Below are positions 1-12,600 of a DNA stretch of 64,000 nt, one piece after another (within the stretch, counting starts at the first letter, position 1; the number at the start of each line of letters is the position of its first letter). Source of the DNA: Balanoglossus misakiensis (taxonomy: Eukaryota > Animalia > Hemichordata); NCBI GenBank assembly GCA_040954595.2, contig CM082576.2, positions 14,697,129-14,761,128 on the forward strand, given 5' to 3'. Position numbers and translations under genes: made by a program. Under the pieces are notes generated by a model that worked only from the letters and a program-made list of their open reading frames with translations, searched no databases and was not told where the DNA came from.

Positions 1-2222
1 AGTTCAATGTAGGATAAAAAAATCAAATCGTTCAGTTTCCCCCACAGACTGAACCCCACCACTCACCCCAAAGAAACTTAATCGACTATGATTGAACATT
101 AATACGACTTTTATACGACATCGATCCTTTAACGTCACCCCTTACATGTACAGTATCTGCATTTAGATTTTACCCCCAAAATGCGTTTAAAACGTATTTG
201 GATATGCACACTTATTTCAAGAAAAGCCTCTGTGAGCTAGTAAAGTCCACATTTTAACTATCAAATCGACAGCTGTACTCATTTTACACATATATTATCT
301 TATATTCTGTTCATTATTTTGGGGGAAGGAGATGCGAGTGGTAGAAAACTCCACAACATTTCTTGCAAATACGATACGGTGTAGTGCAGTTTTTAAATGT
401 ATTAAATATTAGTTGTTACATTGACTTATGGTGAATAAAGTCGTGGTTAATATTGGACAATTTCTCGTGTTAGAGTGCCATATGCTTTCCATTCTACAAC
501 TATACTACATCAATTGTTTCTGTCCCAGATTTCGGCACAAATTCAGGAAGTTTGAACAACGACCGCCCTGACACGGCTAAATTAACGTTCATATGTTAAA
601 CCTTCGCATAAGAAAAACAAGAAATGTGCTCACGTGTAAGGTTATATTGACTTTGGTCAAAAAGTTCTTGAGATAAGCCCTATGAAAAAAATCCTTAAAC
701 ATGGAACACTTATTACCTGAGGCACGCGCACTAAACCGATACTATTTTAATACTGCCAAACTTTCTGAGATATCTCGCCTATTTTGTGTCTTTTATTACA
801 GTAAAAATATAAATACATCTTAATTAAATAAGTGTATCGACTTTTCAAAATAGTACAACATGCCATCTTTTCTGTACGTTTCTTTTTCAAAATCGTATCT
901 TATGATCAACTCATTTTTAAGTCAATACTTCAACAGGTGTCCTAGCTCCTCTCTGTAACTCCAAATTTGTAAAGTTTGACAGATATCAATTCCTTTTAGA
1001 TGATACAGCGGGAGGACTTACCCACCCCGCACAACAGAACACTTATCGCGCATTGACAGCCGAGAAGGACGTGATGAGCTGTATACGTATATATACGTAT
1101 AGTATAGGCCTATATATATAGATGGTGATTCGAAAACTTTGACGCTCTCTTCTGGCCATAACCGCATGTAACACGGAAAAAACGTTTCGTCGGTTTTTTT
1201 TTCATCTTTACAACCAGCAAAAATCTACGACGGCCCAAAAGCAGAATATCGCTACTCCATACAACAACCGAGGCATAAACTGCTGTGTTTTGTGTTCTGA
1301 CGGTGTCCGACGTCATTTGTATTATTCTGGTGACGTCATTCGTTTTGAAATACTAGTACATGTGTAAGCGCAATTCGGATGATTTCTAGCCATCGCGATT
1401 TCCTGTATTAGTATTGTCATTCTAAGGCAGCGATCACAAAACACGGTAAGGGGGGGTCGGAGGATTTGTGAAACAAAATGTTACTTTTTTCAGACCCCCC
1501 CCCCCCCCCTCAATGCCTCACGAAAATGTTCAGCCCCCCCCCCTTCTCTGCATGGTCGGAAACTTTAATTTTCAAGGCCCATGAAACGTATGTTGGAAAT
1601 TGGTAAACGGAAATTGGAAAATGGTATAACCCACACCAAGTTGGGCGGAAGATGGTCCTGGCACTTTTTTCCCATGATTCAAATTACAGTAAACGCCATT
1701 CTGCCAACTTTCCCTCGTTTTTGTAAAAAATCGCGCGACTAATACATGGCGAAAATTTTTTTTTGAAAGAGTGACCTCTGAAAGCTACCAATTATGTAGA
1801 AATCAGCTGGACCGGATTTCACATTTAACTAAGACAAAGAATTTTGATCAATCATTTTGTCAGTAAAAGTTTGACATCATACTGATTAAATGGCGCGGCC
1901 GCTTAGCAATTTGGAAAAAAAAGGTGCAAGAAGAGATTCACACACATGCTAACACCCAACTTGAAATCAAAACAAATTCTTTTCACTGGGTTATACCCTC
2001 AAGAAATACACATGTGCATAATTCTGTGATCAATTTGAGAAAGCCGTTTTATTCTATGATCGATTTGAGATATTTACTTTATTCCAAAAAATAAGTCCCA
2101 CATGGTTTTCTCCATTACTACATCTGACCTGGCAAGGAACCCTCAAATCTCAGAATGTGTTTCTGCCCAAATAAAGATGAATAACGTCATGCAGGCAACC
2201 GTTGCCTGGACATCAATATACA

Positions 2223-2528
2223 CATGATGACTGACAATGAGGGCGACAGTGTATTTTGATGTCCGAGGGCGCTGCTAGTCACAACTAAAACAGGCTGTTT
2301 TGGTGTGACTGGCAGTCCCGAGGTCATCAAAAATACCCTGTTGCCCGAATATGTCAGTCATCATGAGTTTGTAACACACCAAACACGGAATTATATCAAG
2401 ACGGGGCAACAGTACCGGGCAGAAACTGATCGAAATGATGCCCTAGGGAACAGTTCAAAATGACTAAGGTCACGTGACGGCGTATTGACGAATCACGATC
2501 GAGGGTTCGCTGCATGGTGTGTTACAAA
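2223..2528. repeat. Palindromic interspersed element (hairpin 2223-2365 plus short inverted repeat 2368-2528)
   Basis: CATGATGACTGACA...TGTCAGTCATCATG arms, then TTTGTAACACACCA / TGGTGTGTTACAAA. Confidence 0.65.
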
Positions 2529-3501
2529 TAGGCATATATACAAGTAGCCTCAAGACAGTGTTAAGTCCAATATTTTAATCAAACTTTATTTTTCTGCAAC
2601 ACCTGAAAAACAAAGCAAATACCCACTCACTGTGAAAGAGTTCCCTGGTAAATTATTTTTTTCAACTACAAACTTGCAAAAGAAGAAGTCAGGAGTTGGA
2701 AAATTGGAAAAAACGGGTTATCACCAAGACGATGGGGTACACAAAAGTGTTGCTTTTACAGTAGTATGCGCCTAGAAAATCAGTCTTAAAGTTGTTGTCA
2801 TTTTTGCTCAAGGGAACTTTAGATTATTTTCTCCTACAATTGTGAATAGAAATTGTTGTCACCATGCAAAATTTTGCATGTGAGAACAAACCGTTTCAAA
2901 TTGTCTTTAGAATTCAAAATGGCTGCCAATCTCAGTGCTAACTCTATGGGGAAATTTAACAAAGTGAATTTTATGAAAACAAGAAGCTGAACACCTTGTT
3001 TTCTTCTTTGTTTTCAAAAAGACTCCCACACAGCAACTGACTGGCATTGAAATTGACCAATGTCCCAGTCTTCCAAACTTTACCACTGGGAAGCTATGAT
3101 CATTTCTTGTGGAATCACATACACCTTTTACGTTCCTTTTTTATACATACAAAAGCTAGGAATGGTGTCATCAACTGTGTTGGTCATAAAAATCTTGCAA
3201 TCTATTGTCTATATCCTTGCAACTGGGATTTCATTGGAAATGCAATTAAAATTATACCAAGTTACTGTCTCCTTGAATCAAGAGAGTAATTTCAGTGTTT
3301 ATTATGATTGGTATTTTTGCTCCATTATGAAATACATGTATCCCAATGAGTAATTATTGCTGCAGTTTAATACCTTTCCTTCTCACAGTAGAACCATGGT
3401 TGCTGTATATGGGAATTGTGGAAGCATACAGCTTGTAGTAATGAGTTCACAGATGTACAGCCAGGATTTTTTCCAAGATAATAAACCCTTCCTTGTCTCA
3501 A

Positions 3502-3714
3502 TACTGTAAAACGGGTTATTTTCTCGAGCAATAAATTTTCGGGAAATACGCGAGAGCCAAAAACATGTGAAAATATAAAAAGTCGCATAAAATGTTTTCA
3601 GAGATAACCATGCAGTTAGTGAAATACGAAACGTGAAAATTAATCCTAGCGTAACAGTCGGCACTTTTGAAATCGTAAAAATTTCCTGTCGCGAAAATAA
3701 CCCGTTTTACAGTA
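3502..3714. mobile_element. TA-flanked MITE family (TACTGTAAAAC termini); other copies 7450-7642, 21840-22043, partial ~24650-24823
   Basis: TIR TACTGTAAAACGGGTTATTTT / AAAATAACCCGTTTTACAGTA. Internal sequence is shared among the four copies. Confidence 0.8.
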
Positions 3715-6619
3715 GTTCTACCAGGTGTAATTTTTTGTATTAAAATCTGGCGGGTTGCCGTATCCCTTCTCAAATGTAGTGTACCAGTAAGTAGCCTTCC
3801 AACCCCAACATCCATTATAAACAGACAAATACATGAAGAAGATGAGAGTGTGTTTCTGGGCCCAGCAATCACCATACAAAAAGACATCAATACACCTTAG
3901 TTGCTTTCTGTAAAGAACAACTGTTCAAATTTATGACCCATTATACATTTTGAAAGCATAATATTGCACCAGTGCATTCCATGTTGCCATATTAGGAATA
4001 CATTTTTCCATATATGGCTTTGTCCTTCAGCACTAACAAGTTTGTTTGACAGATTATTACAAGGTTGTCATAACTTCACACAGAGTCCCTCCATACAGGA
4101 AGGGACTGTGTTAATGTGTGTCCATGAAGAGTATAAGTTGTGATCAAGTAAAACTATACAAAGTTTTTTGTGTGGAGGGTTTCCCCTTCTCCTGCTTGGA
4201 ACAGACACCACACTTTATGCAAATTCTCCTTTTCACGAAATGAGTGCTTTTGACAAATTGTGACAAAGCCCGGCTTTTACTTTGTAAACTAAAAACATTA
4301 AAACTTTAAATTAAACTCTTTTTTTTACCATTTTCACTTCCGTATTCCAATAAATGAAACCCTCGCATACCTACAGACTAAAAATCAAAATTACAGCATA
4401 AAATAAAACAGAAAAATAATCTTCTAGTCAGCTGGAAAGTAAATGTGACTAACTTTGCTCAATTGCACTTTGATGCATTTACAAACCCAAAAGAAGTGAT
4501 CTGGAAAATTGCTAGCTTGGTCGTTACTACATTGGGTTTTAGACTACAAACAAACTTAGGAATTTTAATCTATTAAGGGCCTTTCAGAATCAATTGACAA
4601 AACAATTTAACAGTACGAATCTGATATTCACCTTCAAATGGTCTCTGTACATTTTCGGAAATATAACAGTCTGGAACCAATGCATTGCAATCCTCTTCTA
4701 GCTGCTATGTATACAATGCATGTTCCAAGCTGCCATTGGAACATGTCTGTCACCTTTTAACCATGAATCTTACAATGTAGGTATGGATGGGTCCCAAAAT
4801 GCTACCTGGGATCAGCCCAGTATGCAATTTTAGCAACCTTGAACTCCAGTCTGCAGTCCCTGGCTCCCAGATCGCATTTTTGGGACTCATACAATGGAAA
4901 TAAATCTAAGCAGTTCATAAATTCAACTCACAGTATCCCATTTGAAATTTCGAATTCTTTTTTTTTATTTTACAATACATAAACTGAAAATAAATGTGGA
5001 GAGCCCCCGAATGCATGCAGAAAAAATGTTTCATGCATTAATTTGATCTAAAGTTTAAAAGGTCATAGGTTACAGTAAGTACCGGTAAATTGGGGGTACT
5101 AAATTGGATGAAAGCATAATTGACTCAAGGTATTAATGATAATGATGTAAGACTACATGTAATTACAATTCCAAAATTCTGCATGCAAAATTTAAAAAGA
5201 AAAACTGATACATATCTACTGCCATGATGTTCAAGTATTGAAGCAAAAATATTTTAATGGCAAGTTTTCTTATTATGATGGATACCATTGTTCTTTCTTC
5301 AACTAGGGAAAGCTAATCTTAGAATTGTTCTCTTCAATTTTGGCTTTTTTGTACTCCCTCCAAAACCCCCAAATAAAACATCTAGCCTGACTTCAATATG
5401 TCCATTTTAATCCCAGATGTACAAAAGCAATACTTTATTTTGAAATATCTCAAAATGGTGCTGTAATGCACAAGTTAACAAAAACAGAATTTTTTATTCA
5501 AAATTTACACAAACTGTCAAGCAACTGTTGAAGTCACTCCACACCCGTGGCTGTGCAAGCCAACCATCTATCACATTGAAAAATAAAAACACAAGACCCA
5601 TAAACTACCGGTAATGATGTGATGCATCTCCAGGTTTGTCAGAAATCTCTCTGTCCACATAGCAATAATTCTTTTCTGGCTGGATGATCATCCTGCTTCA
5701 AAACATGCCATATCAGAAAACGAAATTAATGAAATCTCACTAAACAGCTTGGGTGCATGATAAATACATTGTACGAAAAACAACAGGTGCTTTGGTAGAA
5801 TTTACATCGGTTGCCTGCCCCCCAGTGAAGCTAACAGACTACGCTGGTGATTACAAGAAACTAAAAAGTCAACAACCATTGAAGACAAAGTAATACCACA
5901 ACGCGTATGTACAATATCCCAAACAGCAGGAATTATCTATTCTCACCAGTCTGCAAATGATCACAACTTTTCAAATTATGTACAGGATTTCCTTCAACTA
6001 CTCGTGAAATTGCAATCCAAACAATGATTTCTTTTGACCTCCCATGCATACAAACCATTATTTTCAGAAAGACATTATGATAATGATAAAATAAAATGCT
6101 GAGTAGTAGGTAAAAAGTCTCAGCGTTGTACATCAATTCATTTTTTGTCAAACTTGCTTTCACTTGCAATCAAGTCTTTACAAAACTTGGAAAGACATCA
6201 TTATAACATGACTGATGAGTATAGATATTGTGATAGTTTATTCCCAAATAAAATCTTTAAAATTATTTGATTTCTTCATGTACAAATCTTACAACTCCAC
6301 ATACACAATCACTTTGATTTTCCAAATAATAACGTTAATTTCCAAAAATTACTTTTAACGAAAAAACACCCACCCAAACACGGAAACATGACTAACATTC
6401 ACAAATACACACTCCCATTGCTTGGGTAGTGTCACGTAAACTGTTCAGATCCATTTACAGCAAATCTTTTACCAACACCAAAGATTGGTAGACATAAAAT
6501 GCCAGACACATTTGGTAGCAAAAAACTTGTGTATGGACAATCAGATACCACGGAAAGGCGAGGAAAATATTACAATAAACTGGTCACTGTTGTTGAACAG
6601 TTTAGGTGGGAAGTCTTGA

Positions 6620-9600
6620 CTATTCCATCTTGTTCATTTCAAATTTTGTAGTCATAATCTCCTCATCTGAATCTAACAGGCTAGGTAAGGCACTGAAAAG
6701 GAAACAGGACAAGGTGAGATTTTACTCATATCAGACTGATTGAAATCAATTTTTATCATGCATCATATATATTTTACCATAAAAAAATACTTCGTTATTT
6801 TTTTTCTGAATTGTACATGGCAGAAAAATATTACTCTCAATTGGATCGTATCAAGAAATAAATTGATGTGCGTATATAGTACATATTTGTACACTGTCCT
6901 TGTACAAAATTTGAATGACACGCCAGAATATCAGAGCACTAACTCAGACAGCAAGTCCATTTCTCCCCTTCACTTCATCAGCAGGGACTAAAACATACTG
7001 GAACGTGTGTAATCCAAACACAAAATTTGCATGCAGTGACAACCACTCTAAATTTCGGCAACAAGAGAATTTTTTTTTTAATGTGCAATAAAATAAGAAT
7101 GAAGATTTAAAGAAACAATGAACAAGTTCATGTCCAAAGACTACTTACGCATCAGCTACTGATTGTGGAATGTGTTCTTCGACCCACTTCAGATCAGCCT
7201 CTGCTTTGCTTTCAGGAGAGGTTGGTATTCTTGGTGAACCATTACTTTTACCGCCTACACCCCGCATCTTCATTCCCTCTGGAGTAACAGTAATCAACAT
7301 ACAATATCAATAATAATCCTGCACCGTAACACCACTATACCCCATTTCTACTACACAGCACTATTTTCCCCAAGCATTTTCTTTTCTTTTGTTTATGTCC
7401 AAAAAGTCTTCTATCAAGAACGGGCAGTGAATATCATTCACTGCGTAAATACTGTAAAACGGGAAATTTTCGCGAACTTCACGAGCACCAAAAAAAACGC
7501 GAAAATAAAAAGTCATGTACAAAGTTTTTCGGAGAGAGAGATGCAGTGAAATACGAGAATGTGAAAATTAATCGTCGCATAACAGTTGCCTCTTTTGATA
7601 TCGCGAAAATTTCCTGTCATGAAAATTTCCAGTTTTACAGTACCCTGTTACCATGGATTCAATATTCTAAGATTTTATGTATTTATTGTTTGTTTTTTAA
7701 GAGACAAAAAATATAACCAAACACTGTACAAGGGTTTCATTTTCTAAAGTTATGACTTCATGACAGTGTGATTGGATAACAAGACAGACGTAGATTGCAA
7801 CCAGATATTAATGGCCACTCACCAAATGCATCATTCATCATGGGTTCTTTACTCTCGGGGTCTTCCTCATCATCTCCCATGTCAGTCAGTGGAGAGAATG
7901 CATATCTCTGATTGTTTGCAGTGGGACGCCACAGCACAGTGATCACCAAGAGAACAATGACAAACAGCAGATGCCAGTAGGCCTCATCTATCCACAATTC
8001 TTTCCAGTCCTACACAGAATGAAAAAAAATATCCTTCCATCAGATAAACATTCACATAGCTATAGAGGTCTCTCTCTGCGTGATGACAATGGACAAAGTC
8101 GGGAATTTTTTTTAAATAGTACACAATAAAGTCACTGCCACACTTTTTCATTTCTATGCCGATAACAAAAACAGAAAGATTTATTAACTTCTCCAAATAA
8201 TTTTTATAATGAAACTATCAATGGAGGCCACTGTTACTTGTATACAGACATTGTTGAGAAGCTATAGACTGACCATTATTCATACAGCTATCCAGAGTAG
8301 AACAAGAAACTGGAGTTGATACAAGGAATAAAAATACTGAAAAAAGGTAGCCAACACTGGGGCTTTAAACACACAGATTTCAGCTCGTGTAAAGTCCAGA
8401 ACTAAACACATCTGATCTCATCTAACTCACATATATTACAACCTAAAAGCAAAGGATACTTACTGTAAGACAATCTGCAAATTTGTGTGCTTTTATTGAC
8501 CAGACCATGAAGACTAGCGCAGCGACAACACAGAATATAAGTGTGTTGGTAAAATGTCTGTATAAAGATAATTTAACTACATTACGGCGTAAACGCAAAG
8601 TCCTTGTAGTCTGAACCAAACTGGTAAAGATGTAAAACAGGTTAAGGAAGACAGGTTATAAAGTGATACAGGCATACTGTACGTGACACACATGAACACA
8701 CGCACACACAAACACACACACACACACACACACAGATGTACACACACACACAGACATGTGTAAAGGATATCCACCAGCAGATAGCAGCATCAAGGACAGC
8801 CAATGGTATGCTAGCTAACAGAGCTTGTTTGGAAGGATCCTGCTTTGGCTACGGGACAAAACAAACAGTTAAGGAATAATCAATGATGCATAATTGGAAC
8901 ATCAAGAACTTCAATCATTCTGATTCAACTCCTATGATATTTACTGGGTTTTTTTAAATATTTAACATTCAGTTCATATCAGGTTGAAAAAACATTTTAC
9001 TTTTTATATTAGAAAGATGAGTACATCATTATAAACTTACCCTCAAAGACCGAAGGCATCCCTCTATTGCTCCTAAGATAAAGTATAAAGCACCAACTCC
9101 AAGAACTCTATGTAGCATTGGCCCAAGGCGTGGTCTGTAATACACAAGAACAGAGACAATGAGTTTCTACCAGATTTTATAAACATCTTATGTGAAAGAC
9201 AAACCTTTATTTTTTTCCTTCATTTGATTTTTTAAAAAGCACAAATATAAATTATCTCACTATTTTATAATGATGAGAGATCATTATTTGCATGTCACCT
9301 TTCTATCGAACTTTCATTGTACAGTGAAACTTGTCTAATAAGGACACCTCTGGGACCAGAAAAACTGTCCTTAATAGAGAGGTGTCCTTCATAGACAGGT
9401 AATATTCTATTCAGATGACTTTTGTCTTGAAAGATTTGTCCTTAATAGAGGTGTCCTGACTAGAGAGGTGTCCATAACGACAGGTTTCACTGTACTTGCA
9501 TGCAAGCACTCTTCAACTGACAACGCCAAACAAACAGACTCTGTGATGACTCACTTGACAATGCCGAATCCTAAACTGACAATGATAACCAGCATCCTGG

Positions 9601-12600
9601 CCAGAGTTCTTTTCAGACAGGACACCAACTCTGCAAACACCACAGCTCCACTCACTGATTGACCGTGCGAATTGATGTGTTGGTATTCACCATAGAACAC
9701 AGCTTTTTCCAGCAATCCTACAAAAAGAAATATGTAATAAATGTAATTAACTTCCTTCATTTAATATACAGTAAAACTCCAATTATCCGAACTCCAATTA
9801 TCCGAACTGTTTGGTTATCCGAACTGCTGTCATGTCCCCCAAACAGTTCTTTTGTATAGGATCGCTATCCGAATAACCGAACTGTCTGCATATCCGAACA
9901 AAATCAATGTCCCCCTGTCAGTTCGGATAATTGGAGTTTTACTGTAGTTGAAACAATAATAAAAGTCATGTACAAACCATATTACACTTTAAATACTGGA
10001 TAACACATTTGTGTACAAAGTTCTAAATTTATTGACCAATATGTACTGATATTCTTAATTAAATTTGAGACCATTTTCTGCATTGCCATTTCTGTATTGT
10101 ATGCACTAGCTGTAAACCTAGCAAATATTGAAGAATTTCCCCCTCTTGAAAATACAGCTGCTGCACAATAATTTCGACGTAGTGTGTTCATAGTTGTGTG
10201 ACAGCTGGTATATCAAATAAAGTCATCGCGTTTGTCCCACAGCATGACAAGAGTGCATATACTGTACTTACAAACGGAATGACCACATTACTGAAAAAGT
10301 TAAACTATGCTAACTGGCTAGGCTGCTCCATATAGGTGACTCAGAGAGAGGGTGGTTAGAGTAGGGTGGCTATAGCAGATTGCTACACTTGACTTACCGA
10401 GTAGGATGACACCACCAATCCAGAACTGGATTCTGAGCAGATCTCGCCATTGACAAGCAGAGCAGCACAACCACATCACAGCATACAGACAGTATATGAT
10501 GCACATCACACCATAGAACTGAGAATCACAAATAGGTCATTGTCAGAGTCCATGCTACTGGGCTATGGCATATTTATTATATACTTACAGATTTGGAAAA
10601 TATTGGAATTGTTTGTTGGAGCTATAAGCACTGGCCATGGATAAAGAAAACAACAAGACTAGTTGCCATAGGAATATCATGATAATAAACTTTCTGTTGA
10701 ATAATTTCAGTTCAGGCATGTCATGTTAATGCGACAAAATGACTACCTGGCGAACATACTGGATCATATCTCCAAACAGACAGACAGGCATGTGTATGCT
10801 TCAGAACTTTATCTTCGTGAAAAGTTTGAACAAATCAGTTTACAAATATCAAGTAATAGCTCTGGACATGAAATATTTGATTATTACAAAATCACCACCT
10901 GGTACAGTGGTAGCAATACTAGATCATACTGCAAAACACATTGATTTGCACGTGTACATCACAGCCCAAGTTCCTGGTAATGGATCTAAATTCACCCCTA
11001 TCATAGGGGTTTGTGTCTGTAAGGGTTAATGGGATAAAAGGTTCTACTCACAATCAATAATGGGTAGTCCACAGCTGATATATATCCAATACCAGATGAC
11101 ATTTCCACATGAACTGACAAACGAGAAAAAAAATATTGTAAGATGTTATCAAGAGCTGACAAGAAATAAAGTTCAAGAACGGTATATACATGTATTGTCA
11201 TGATTTATTTCAAGGTTCCAAGCTACCCTATGGAATAAAACCATGCAAGGGAAAATATTGAAGTATGAGAAAAACTGGACACGCACATGTTAAGAAAGAA
11301 ACTAATCTATCATTCAAGAGACTCATAATCTATTTCTATCATACAGGTTTACCTCTTTCACCCCAGTTGCTTCTTTACAGGTCCAACTTTACCATACAAA
11401 ACACTTGGTTTGGACGAAACCATTGTGGTGAAAGGGTTAAAAGTACACTAGGATTTATCACAACATATATAATTTGACATAATATACCTGATACTTTTAG
11501 ATTGGACTCAGGTGGTATACCAACATGAACAATGAACAGATAAATTCCATCTTCCCAGGTAGTTGTAACAACATGGCTCTTTTTCTGAAAAGACCAAACA
11601 GAGTCTGTTAGTGAACATGTAACTTTTTAAAATCAATTATTGTGTGGTTCCGATAACATGCTTTTCAGAAACAGGGTAGGTAGGTAGGAAAATACTTTTT
11701 TGTCATTTTTGTTTTTATCAGAACATGTCTTCGATTTATAGATGATGTCATTTCTAGTCTTGCATAACATTGCTTTTTCTAATTTTTGTTAATTGCAGAA
11801 ATTACATTTTTCTAACTTCAGCGTTGAGGTACCTGTAAAAAGTTTAGGGTAGGTCAGGTTAATGTGGGAACCACACATTTTAATTTCATTGGCTTTTATC
11901 TGCATGGAACAAGTGTAGATGGTATTCCGTACCTGGCTTTTGTCAACAGTTGCTTTGGTTGTTCTCTGTAACGTGGTGACTTCCTGTCCAGCAGTTGTCT
12001 TTTCTACTCCAGCATGTTTATCATCATCAGGTGAATCATCCTGCAGACACAAAGGAATTAGGGATCATCATCAACATTCAATAAACATATATTTCATGAT
12101 CTTTCAACATACACTGACAGCAAGCAAAATACCCAGTACACTTTAAGAGGCTCTACATCAGCCATGGTATACAACCCCTTATTAAATCTGGTGTTTGCAA
12201 TCCTGTCGAATCAATATTGTATCCTTTGGTTGAAAGGATAAGGAAATACTATTTAATTAGTTTTAATAAAAACACCAGTGACATCATACATGACAATACA
12301 TGTGAGATTAAACAGTACTGAAACTAGACAGCATTTTCCACCTTGTCAGTGAAAAAGAAAGCACACATGGAAAACAACACAATTTTATTCTTCTCCCACA
12401 ATACTATAATTTCCTACTGATGTATAAAACTGCATAATTCACCGATATTCCCCATACACCTTGAATCTGACTGCCACTTTTCTTCCATCAACATATATGT
12501 ACGTACCTGACGTTTCCTCCTGGCATGCTCAGCATCCTTGTCATCCACTTTGTCAACTTTTACAGATTTGTCAGACTTGGTCTTGATTGTTGCATTGGTT

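Noticed and set aside
3047-6169. Short ORFs downstream of TMEM87
   Set aside because: They have no homology-like motifs or splice context and lie in probable 3' UTR or MITE sequence.
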